A stretch of 64,000 nt of DNA from an uncultured Planctomycetota bacterium (GTDB lineage Bacteria > Planctomycetota > Planctomycetia > Isosphaerales > Isosphaeraceae), in assembly GCA_963845755.1 (NCBI GenBank), contig CAWJTV010000011.1, forward strand, positions 224,001 to 288,000. Reading direction: 5' to 3'. The notes under the pieces are model-generated. The model ran no database searches. It saw nothing but the letters and a program-made list of their open reading frames with translations, and was not told where the DNA came from. Position 1 is the first letter of the stretch. Each line of letters opens with the position of its first letter. The translations under genes were made by a program, and so were the position numbers. Shown piece after piece: positions 55,202-64,000 of the stretch.

Positions 55202-56255
55202 ATGGATCGAGTCTCACTTCGCCGTGGCTTTACGCTGATCGAACTCCTGGTCGTCATCGCCATCATCGCCGTACTCATCGCCCTTCTCTTGCCAGCCGTG
55301 CAGGCGGCACGCGAGGCCGCCCGACGGATGCAGTGCACCAACAATCTCAAGCAACTCGGCCTGGCCGCCATGAACTACGAGTCGTCGAACGGCACCTTGC
55401 CGCCAGGGAGCTACGTCGCGACTCGCGATTACGACAGTCGGAATAAGCCGGGCCTGAGCGTCTTCGTCCGGATCCTGCCCTTCGTCGAAGGCCAATCGAC
55501 CTTCAACGCGGCCAACTTCGCCTTCTCGCTGGAATCGTCGGCCAACGCCACCGTCGCCTCTGTCGGCGTGAGCACTCTCTGGTGCCCGAGCGACCCCTCG
55601 GTATTCAGCCCCACCGCGCCGATCGACTCGAGCTACAACTTGCCGAGCAATAGCACCCTCCAGCAATACTACTGCAGCTACGGCGGCAACATGGGACTCT
55701 GGGACCTCGACGTCCTCGCCACCGACGACGTGAACTGGTACCCCGGCGCCTTCGCCGCCCGCAAGGCGAACATGAACGGCGTGATCTTCATGTCCTCGAA
55801 CGTCCGACTGGCCGAGATTACCGACGGCACGAGCAACACCATGGTCTTCGCCGAGCACAACCATGGTCGGCTGGCATCGAACGCCCCCCCGGTGTTCTAT
55901 CAGTGGTGGAACTCCGGCTATTACACCGACACCCTCATCTGCACCTATTTCTCGGTCAATAGCGACACCAAGGCCACCCTGTTCGACGAATCAGCCGAGC
56001 GAATACTTCGAGATTGTCGGCAGCTTTCACCCCGGCGGTGCCAACGTCGGCTTCTGCGACGGCTCGGTGAGATTCATCAAGGACTCGATCCAGTCCCTCC
56101 CCTTCGTGTACAACCCATCGACGCAGGACAACGGCTACTTCCTCTATAACGGTAATACGGGCACCTACACGATCGCCGCGGGCACCCCGATGGGTGTCTG
56201 GCAGAAGCTCTCCACCCGCAACTTTGGCGAGGTCATCAGCTCCGACTCCTATTGA
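55202..56255 (+). CDS. DUF1559 prepilin-type protein with H-X9-DG motif (frameshift near 55995)
   Basis: '[34 protein letters not shown]', 'ITDGTSNT', '[12 protein letters not shown]'. Confidence 0.95.
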
Positions 56256-56296
56256 GAGTCTGTTCCAGAAGGGGCCGGTCCGGGCGAGCGGGGGGC

Positions 56297-57682
56297 TGTC
56301 ACCCGACAGTAGGTTTTGCCGCGGAATCCCGACATAAAGGTTTTGCCGCATGGACACCCGGCGGTCCCTACTTCCGTCCCGACAATCGCAACCCGCGGAT
56401 CGACTCCGCGTCGATCTCGGGGGCCGGCCGGGCCCGCAGGTTGCTGGCCCCCGCCGTCGTTGATCAGCCACTCGCCGTGCCCCGGGTCGAACTGGACCCA
56501 GACGTCCCGGCCCGCATACAACACTCCTACATAGATATTCCTGTTATAGATCGACACCTTTCCCTGGCTGTCCACCCGGCGCTGGCACGGCCCACTCCGC
56601 CAGGTGGTCGCGCACCCGCCCCAGGCACCACGCCGCCGGCCTCGTCCGCCTCGCGGTAGGCGCGGCCGCTGTGCGCCAGACCCGGGAACAGCTCCCAACG
56701 GCTGTGTCCCCCGGCGACGGGATACCGCTCCCGCTGCAGCCCGGTCGTCGGCGTCCAGGCGGGCCTGCAGCTCCGCCGGGTTGCCGCAGGCGTGCGGCTC
56801 CGCCCACCGCTTGGCCGTCCCCGCGACCGCTCCACCACGCCGTTCTGTTGCGGCCGTCGCGGGTCGTTCCAGATCACGCCGACCCCCAGGCCGATCAGCC
56901 ACAACGCCAGCGGCGGGGGCAGGTCCGCTCCAGGACCCCCACGGCTTGCCGTTATCGACCCGCATGTGGCGCAGGCAGCCCCCACCGCTCGAAGGCGCGG
57001 CGCAAGTGCCGCTGCACCTCGGCCTCGGGGACGTGGGCCCAGTAGTAGTGGGGGGAAAACCGTGGTGCCCAGGAAGGCCCCCGTATATTCATCCACCAGC
57101 CGCAGCCAGCAGGCGCCCGGCCGTCGGCCGTGCGGAGTTGCTCCGCGGCGTCCCTCTGCCAGATGTCATGCGGGGCGATGGCACGATCGGCGGCCGACGG
57201 CGCCCGCCGTCCCCCCGCCGCAGGCGGGTGCCGCTGGCGGCGGAACCAGCGCTGCAACGTGCGCTCGCTGGGCACCGTCGCCGGGTCGGCCTCGGTGGCC
57301 AGGCGGACGCGGATGTAGCCCGCTCCCCAGGTCGGATGCTGCTGTCGCAGGGCCAGGGCCAGGGCTCGGAGCGGGTGGTCGTCGGCGGGCCGCCCCGGAC
57401 CGGGCCGATAAGCGGTCCCCTGGGGGCTCGCCGGGTCGCGAGCCCGCTGGAGCAGGTGCCGGACCGTGCGGGGGCAGAGATGCAGGGCGTCCGCGATGGC
57501 CGCCGCGGTCTGGCCGCGACGGGATCGTAGCAAGATGAGGGCGCGGGTTGTCGGCGGGAGTGGAGCGGGCATAGTGACCCTCGCAGGAGTTGGCAGGATC
57601 GGACCATCACAGACTACCCCCCGCCGCGAGGCGGCAAAACCTTTTTGTCGGGATTCGCGGCAAAACCTACTGTCGGGTGACA
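56297..57682 (-). mobile_element. 1386-bp insertion sequence, IS481-like (TGT...ACA ends, ~52-bp TIRs, 5-bp GGGGC duplication)
   Basis: TGTCACCCGACAGTAGGTTTTGCCGC at both ends. Each TIR holds two CCCGACAnnAGGTTTTGCCGC-like units. GGGGC at 56292-56296 and 57683-57687. Confidence 0.9.
56340..57572 (-). CDS. DDE (rve) transposase with N-terminal HTH, multiple frameshifts; 3' end approximate
   Basis: HTH 'AAAIADALHLCPRTVRH', 'HPTWGA', 'PSERTLQRW', 'WQRD', 'RVDNGKPWG', 'PQQNGVVERS'. Confidence 0.8.
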
Positions 57683-57866
57683 GGGGCGTCAGCCCCCTGT
57701 CTTCGAGGTCCGTCGCTCACCGGACAGGGGGCTGACGCCCGCCGCTCGCCCTTCTGGGACAGACTCTGAGGGGGAGAGTCTCTCGACGGCCCTGGAGAAA
57801 AAGAAATCCGTCCGGCCTGTGGACAACGGCTCGTGCTTGCCGGATATCTGATCAGGGAGCCGAACG

Positions 57867-58511
57867 ATGACCGAGCAGGCCGACGACGAAAACCAGATCC
57901 TCATCCATCGCGCTCTGGCCGGCGACGAGTCGGCGCTGGCTGCGCTTTTCGATAGCTATCGCGACCGGCTGCGGCGGATGATCCGCCTGCGGCTGGACCG
58001 CCGGCTCTCCGGCCGGGTCGATTCGTCGGATGTGCTCCAGGAGGCGTATCTCGACGTCCGCAAGCGGATTGCCGAGTACGCCCGCGACCCCGCGGCCATG
58101 CCGTTCCACCTCTGGCTCCGGCTGGTGACCGGCCAGAGGATGACCGACGTGCATCGCCATCACCTCGGCTCTCAGATGCGCGATGCCGGCATGGAGGTCT
58201 CGCTGCATCGCGGGCCGTTCCCCCAGGCCGACTCGATCTCGCTGGCCGCCCAGCTCCTCGGCAAGATGACCAGCGCCAGCAAGGCCGCGATCCGCGCCGA
58301 GCACAAGCTGATCGTCCAGGAGGCACTCAACGGCATGGATCCGATCGACCGGGAAGTCCTGGCCTTGCGACATTTCGAGCACCTCTCCAACGATGAGACG
58401 GCACAGGTACTCGGTCTGAGCAAGTCGGCGGCGAGCAACCGTTACATCCGGGCCCTGAAGCGGCTCAAAGAGATCCTGTCGTCCATCCCGGGACTGAGAG
58501 AGCAATTGTAG
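57867..58511 (+). CDS. ECF sigma-70 factor, planctomycete kinase-associated type
   Basis: 'RVDSSDVLQEAYL', 'WLRLV', 'DREVLALRHFEHLSNDETAQVLG...RYIRALKRL'. Confidence 0.95.
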   Translation: MTEQADDENQILIHRALAGDESALAALFDSYRDRLRRMIRLRLDRRLSGRVDSSDVLQEAYLDVRKRIAEYARDPAAMPFHLWLRLVTGQRMTDVHRHHLGSQMRDAGMEVSLHRGPFPQADSISLAAQLLGKMTSASKAAIRAEHKLIVQEALNGMDPIDREVLALRHFEHLSNDETAQVLGLSKSAASNRYIRALKRLKEILSSIPGLREQL

Positions 58512-58629
58512 GACGTTCTTCGAGCATCGAGCACGTGCAAGGTGCCTGCCGGCGCCGATCCCTGCAATGAGCACCGATCGAAGACTCGTCGCTCACGGGC
58601 ACCCCACGGGCCACTGGAGAAGCACGCCG

Positions 58630-61600
58630 ATGAATACGTCGAGCGACCAGCGGAACCCCGTCGAGCTCCTGGCCGAGGAGTTCCTCGACCGCAAGCGCCG
58701 CGGCGAGCAGCCGACGCTCCGCGAGTACCTCGAGCGCTACCCCGAGCTGGCCGAGGAGATCCGCGACCTGTTCCCGGCCCTGCTGATGATGGAGGACCTG
58801 GGCGAGAGCTCCGGCGGCACCACCGGCTCGCTGGCCGCCGACGGCGCCGCGGTGGGTATCCGGCTCCAGCGGCTGGGCGATTATCGCATCCTCCGCGAGA
58901 TCGGCCGGGGCGGCATGGGCGTCGTCTACGAGGCCGAGCAGGAGTCGCTGGGCCGACGCGTGGCCTTGAAGGTCCTCTCGGCCGGCTCGCTGCTGGACCC
59001 GAAGCAGGTGCGGCGGTTCGAGCGCGAGGCCAGGGCCGCGGCACGGCTGCACCACACCAACATCGTGCCGGTCTTCGGCGTCGGGCCGGCAGGACGGCCA
59101 CCATTACTTCGTCATGCAGTTCATCGCGGGCGTGGGGCTCGACGTGGTCCTGGATGACCTGCGACGGCTGCGCCAGGCGAAGTCGGAGGCGGGGCCGGCC
59201 GCGGTGCTCGCGGCGGCGTCGAGCCGCATCGCCGGCCTGTCGGCGGCGGACGTGGCCCGATCGCTGCTCACCGGCCGGTTCGAGGCCGATGGGCCGCTCG
59301 GGGATGGGTCCATGACCGAGCCCTTCGACGACGCGGCTCCCGCGCCACCCGCCGGCGACAACGGCCCGCCGGCCGACTCCTCCCCGGCGATCCTGCCCGG
59401 CTCCTCCGAGCTGTCGGCCTCATCGGATCCCGACCGCCAGTTCTACCGCTCGATCGCCCGCATCGGCATCCAGGTGGCCGAGGCGCTGGAGTACGCCAAC
59501 CGCCAGGGCATCCTCCACCGCGACGTCAAGCCGTCGAACCTGCTGCTGGACAACCACGGCAACGTCTGGGTGGCCGACTTCGGTCTGGCCAAGACGGCCG
59601 AGGCCGATGACCTGACCCACACCGGCGACATCCTCGGCACGATCCGCTACATGGCCCCGGAGCGGTTCTCGGGGCATTGCGATGCGCGGTCGGACGTCTA
59701 CAGCCTGGGCCTGACGCTCTACGAGCTGGTGGCGTTGCGTCCGGCGTATGAGGCGTCGGATCGACATCGGCTGATGGAGCGGGTGCTGCACGAGGAGCCG
59801 GAGCGGTTGAAGAAGCTGGCTCCGGGCGTGCCGCGGGACCTGGAGACGATCATCGCCAAGGCGACGGCGCGAGACCCGGCGATGCGGTACGCGACGGCGG
59901 CGGCCATGGCCGAGGACCTGCGGCGGTACGTGGAGGACCGGCCGATCCGGGCGCGGCGGGTGTCGCTCTGCGGAGCGATTGGCGCGGTGGTGCCGGCGGA
60001 ACCCAGTGGCTGGCCGGCTCGATGGGCGTGGCGGCGGCTGTCACTGGTGATCGCGCTGGTGTTGGCCCTGGTCTATGCCGACGGCAAGCCGAGGCGAACC
60101 AGCGGATCACCCGGTTGGCCGAGCGACCTGGAGAAAGAGAGCAGCGCCCTGAAGGATGAGCGCCCGCATCGAGGAACGAGCGCGGCCGCCTCAAGACCGC
60201 CCTGTCCGAGTCGAACCGCCGGCTGGCCATGCTGGACCTGGAGCGAGGCCGGGTCGCCTTCGAGAAGGGGCAGGTCGGCCTCGGGATGCTCTGGACCGTC
60301 GAGTCGCTGCGGATGGCGACCGAGGCGGGCGACGAGGCCGGCAAGCACCTCGCCCTGGCCAACCTCTCGGCCTGGCGGCGCCAACTCGTCGAGCTCAAGA
60401 TGATCTTCTCCCCCATCGGCGATGTCATGTCGGTCGCCTTCAGCCCCGACGGCAAGACCATCCTCACCGGGAGCATGGACAAGACGGCGCGGCTGTGGGA
60501 CGCCGCCACCGGCCGGCCCATCGGCCAACCCCTGGTGCATTCGGCCTGGGTGATGTCGGTGGCGTTCAGCCCCGACGGCAAGGCCATCCTCACCGGGTGC
60601 TATGACAACGACGGCGCGGCTGTGGGACGCCGCAACCGGCCGGCCCATCGGCCCGCCCCTGGCGCATTCGGATATGGTGCGCGCCGTGGCGTTCAGCCCC
60701 GACGGCCAGACCATCCTCACCGGGTGCTATGACGGGACGGCGCGGTTGTGGGATGCCGCCACCGGCCGACCCATCGGCCAACCCCTGGCGCATTCGGGCC
60801 GGGTGACGTCCGTGGCGTTCAGCCCCGATGGCAAGACCATCCTCACCGGGGGCCAGGACAAGACGGCGCGGCTCTGGGACGCCGCGACCGGCCGGCCCAT
60901 CGGCCAACCCCTGGCGCATTCGGGCGCGGTGTGGTCCGTGGCGTTCAGCCCCGACGGCAAGACCATCCTCACGGCCGTTTTGACAAGACGGCGCGGCGGT
61001 GGGACGCCGCCACCGGCCGGCCCATCGGCCAACCCCTGGCGCATTCGGACATGGTGCACGCCGTGGCATTCAGCCCCGACGGCAAGACCATCCTCACCGG
61101 GTGCTAGGACAACACGGCCCAACTTGGGACGCCGTCACCGGCCAACAGATCGGCAGGTCCCTGGAGCATCAAGACCAGGTCTGGTCCGTGGCATTCAGCC
61201 CCGACGGCCGGTCGATCCTCACCGGCAGTCAGGACGGGATGGCGCGCCTCTGGGACGGCGCGGTCGGTCAGCCCGTCGGCCGGCCGCTGGATTATGGGAG
61301 GCGGTGGAGACGATGGCATTCGGCCCGGACGGCAAGACCCTCGTCGCCGCGGGTGCTGACGGCAAAGTGCGACTTCAGGACGTCGCGTCGGGCCATCTTC
61401 GCGGCCAGCCCGTGGAGCAGGGATCCGAATCCGTGCCGTGGCCTTGAGCCCGGATGGCCGGACGATCCTCACCGGGAGCGCTGACAAGACGGCGCGGCTC
61501 TGGGACGCCGACACCGGCCGGCCTCTCGGCCAACCCATTGGCATTCGGAGCAGGTGTGGACGGTGGCGTTCAGCCCCGACGGCCGGGCGATCCTCACCGG

Positions 61601-63080
61601 GAGCGCTGGGACAAGACGGCGCGGCTCTGGGACGCCGCCACCGGCCGGCCCATCGGCCAGCCCATGGTCCATCCGGGCGACGTGTTGTCCGTGGCGTTCA
61701 GCCCCGATGGCCAGACCATCGTCACCGGGAGCGATGACAAGACGGCGCGGCTCTGGGACGCCGCACACCGGGCGACCTCTCGGCCAGCCCATGGTGCATC
61801 CGGGCTTGGTGGTCAGTCGTGGCGTTCAGCCCGGATGGCCGGACCATCCTCACCGGGGGCTTGGACAAGACGGTGCGGCTCTGGGACGCCGCGACCGGCC
61901 GGCCCATCGGCCAACCCCTGCCGCATCCGGGCTATGTGAGGTCCGTGGCGTTCAGCCCCGATGGCCGGACCGTCCTCACCGGCTGTTAGGACAAGACGGC
62001 GCGGTTGTGGGACGCCGCCACCGGCCAGCCGATCGGCCCGCCTCTGCCGCATGCGAAGGCACTGGTGACGGTGGCGTTCAGCCCGGATGGTCGGTCCCTG
62101 CTCACGAGTGATCGCGAGACGGCGCGGTGGTGGGACGCGCCGGCGCCGCTGCCCGAGGACCTGCCGCGGCTGGCCGCCTGGGTCGAGGCCGTCACCGGGC
62201 TGGAGCTGGATGAGCGCGGCTCGATCCGCCTGCTCGACCGCGCCGCCTGGCTGGAGCGTCGGCGTCGTCTGGAGCAGCTCGGCGGCCCGCCCCGGCCGAT
62301 CCGTCGCCGCGGCTGGACCCGATCCTCTTCGGCCCCGAGCCGCGGCGCGGGGCGACGCCTGGAAGGAGCGGGGCGAATGGGATCGGGCCGAGGCCGCCTA
62401 CGCCGAGGTGATCCGCGCCCGACCGCTCAACCGATCGGTCCGGGACGCCCTGGCCCGCTTGCACGCCGAGCGCGGCCATCTCGACCGGGCCGCGGCGACG
62501 CTCGCCGACGCCGTCCAGCAGATGCCCGATGACGCGGGGCTCCGCCGTCGATGGGGGCTGGCCCTGCTCGGGTCGGGCGATCGCGCCGGCTGGCGGAATG
62601 CGACCGCCGCGCTGCTGGACCGCTTCGGCGGCACGATCAACCCACGGACGGCCAACCAGGTCGCCTGGGCCTGCGTCTCGGGGCCCGAGGCGGCCACCGA
62701 TCCCGCGGTGCCGGTCCGGCTGGCCGAGGCCGCCGTCCAGGGCGCCGACGAAACCCTCAAGGCCGACGCCTTGAGCACGCTCGGCGGCCGCGCTGTACCG
62801 CGCCGGCCGGTGCGACGAGGCGATCCGACGGCTGGAAGAAGGCAACCGGCTCCGAGGCGAGGAGGGTCTGCCTTCGGCCTGGCCGTTCCTGGCGATGGCC
62901 CATCACGGCCTGGGACATCACGATGAGGCGCGACGCTGGCTCGACCGACTGCGGGAGCGTCAGCCGAGCACGGACCCGGCCCAGTTCTGGGACGAGCTGG
63001 AGATTCGCCTGCTGCGCAGCGAGGCCGAGGCGCTGATTCTCTATGACCCGGTCTTCCCGGCCGACCCGTTCGCGCCGTGA
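58630..63080 (+). CDS. Ser/Thr kinase with 14 WD40 repeats and C-terminal TPRs (many frameshifts, two in-frame TAG)
   Basis: [34 protein letters not shown]. Fourteen 'VAFSPDG' units at ~126-bp period. TPR-like tail ending FPADPFAP*. Confidence 0.85.
60420..62140 (+). repeat. Fourteen tandem ~126-bp WD40-coding repeats
   Basis: AFSPDG-type codons at 60436, 60562, 60689, 60815, 60941, 61066, 61191, 61316, 61441, 61566, 61694, 61822, 61948, 62074. Confidence 0.9.
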
Positions 63081-63111
63081 TGGCCGGCCTCGGGAGCTCA
63101 GCCCGATGGTT

Positions 63112-63173
63112 GTCGGGTGGGTGAAACCCACCGATGACGTCGTCTGGTTACCAGTGGATTTCATCCAACTTAC
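63112..63173. repeat. Degenerate GTAG-type REP doublet
   Basis: GTCGGGTGGGTGAAACCCACC ... GTGGATTTCATCCAACTTAC. Confidence 0.65.
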
Positions 63174-63204
63174 CACATCAACGCGATCCCGAAAGGAGCC
63201 TCCG

Positions 63205-63573
63205 ATGCCGAACTCCGACTTCCAGCACATCCGCATGAGCATGGTCAACGACGTGGCGGTGGTCGAGATCCGCACCAAGGACGTGCAGGGCACGAAGCTG
63301 GCCCAGGAGCTCGGCGCCGAGCTGGCCCTGGTCACGACCCAGGATTGGGCCAAGCGACTCCTGGTCAACTTTCACCGGGTCGGCTACTTCGGCAGCACGG
63401 GCTTCGCCGTGCTGTTCAAGCTGGTCAGCCAGGCCAAGGCCGACGGTCGGGAGGTCAAGTTCTGCGACATGAAGCCGGAGGTGCGCCTCGGGGCCGAGAT
63501 CGTCGGCCTCGAGAAGGTCGCTGCGATCCACGAGAACGAGCGGTCGGCCCTGACCGCTTTCGCGCACGCCTGA
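63205..63573 (+). CDS. STAS-domain anti-sigma-factor antagonist
   Basis: AAGGAG RBS. 'RLLVNFHRVGYFGSTGFAVL...VKFCDMKPEVR...GL'. Confidence 0.85.
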   Translation: MPNSDFQHIRMSMVNDVAVVEIRTKDVQGTKLAQELGAELALVTTQDWAKRLLVNFHRVGYFGSTGFAVLFKLVSQAKADGREVKFCDMKPEVRLGAEIVGLEKVAAIHENERSALTAFAHA

Positions 63574-63594
63574 GCCGTCCCCAGGAGGCCCCCG

Positions 63595-64000
63595 ATGACG
63601 ACGTCCAGCGATGCGCGCAACCCGTCGAGCTGCTGGCCGAGGAGTTCCTCGAACGCAAGCGCCGTGGCGAGCAGCCGACGCTCCGCGAATACCTCAGCGC
63701 CACCCCGAGCTGGCCGAGGAGATCCGCGACCTGTTCCCGGCGCTGTTGATGATGGAGGACCTGGGCGAGAGCTCCGGCGGCACCACCGGCTCGCTGGCCG
63801 CCGACGGCGTCGCGGTGGGGGTGAGGCTCCAGCGGCTGGGCGATTACCGCATCCTCCGCGAGATCGGCCGGGGCGGCATGGGCGTGGTCTACGAGGCCGA
63901 GCAGGAGTCGCTGGGCCGGCGCGTCGCCCTGAAGGTCCTCTCGGCCGGCTCGCTCCTGGACCCCAAGCAGGTGCGGCGGTTCGAGCGGGAGGCGAAGGCC
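63595..64000 (+). CDS. Second Ser/Thr kinase, 5' part only (runs off window; two 1-bp gaps)
   Basis: AGGAGG RBS. Nucleotide sequence closely parallels 58630-59037. Confidence 0.9.
   Translation, partial: MTTSSDARNPSSCWPRSSSNASAVASSRRSANTSAPPRAGRGDPRPVPGAVDDGGPGRELRRHHRLAGRRRRRGGGEAPAAGRLPHPPRDRPGRHGRGLRGRAGVAGPARRPEGPLGRLAPGPQAGAAVRAGGEG

Larger units (their letters stand above)
56256..57766. mobile_element. Second copy of the TGA-flanked MITE, interrupted by an IS
   Basis: TGA|GAGTCTGTTCCAGAAGG ... CCTTCTGGGACAGACTC|TGA. Removing the IS restores the hairpin seen at 40072-40191. Confidence 0.85.

Noticed and set aside
61105..61989. Genome-wide TAG reassignment or pyrrolysine
   Set aside because: TAG terminates ordinary genes here (49069, 58511) and no pyl genes are seen. 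Only the local observation is retained.
60420..62140. Regular repeats as a possible CRISPR array or a proven DGR target
   Set aside because: The units are 126-bp coding WD40 repeats without unique spacers. No cas gene, reverse transcriptase or template repeat is visible in the window.

Overview
High-GC bacterial DNA, very probably a planctomycete (Isosphaeraceae-like). The evidence is DUF1559 prepilin-like, DUF1549/1553 and DUF1501 genes, 'LExLExRxLL'-type N-terminal motifs and ECF-sigma/Ser-Thr-kinase loci. Most long genes carry single-base frameshifts, so this looks like an imperfectly polished long-read assembly; frameshifts are not read as pseudogenes. Ordinary content: Gly-rich and RTX surface proteins, an FHA protein, Hanks kinases, ABC transporters, a cyclic beta-1,2-glucan synthase, yhaO/yhaN-like repair genes, a metallohydrolase, a 2-hydroxyacid dehydrogenase, an RCK channel and a cyanophycinase. 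Small TA/defence-like modules and several REP/MITE families are scattered between them. Best candidates for new biology: (1) an AT-richer three-gene cassette at 12.3-14.1 kb (unknown 123-aa protein, divergent stand-alone RelA/SpoT synthetase, multi-zinc-finger membrane protein); (2) an ECF sigma / kinase-WD40 / STAS / kinase locus whose 14 WD40 repeats vary at fixed codons and carry two TAG codons exactly seven repeats apart; (3) an ABC-ATPase + DUF4276 pair appended to yhaO-yhaN; (4) an IS481-like element nested in a TGA-targeting MITE, and a palindromic element lying in-frame inside the glucan synthase. No rRNA, tRNA or CRISPR array was recognised. All family assignments come from motifs read by eye; no database search was run.
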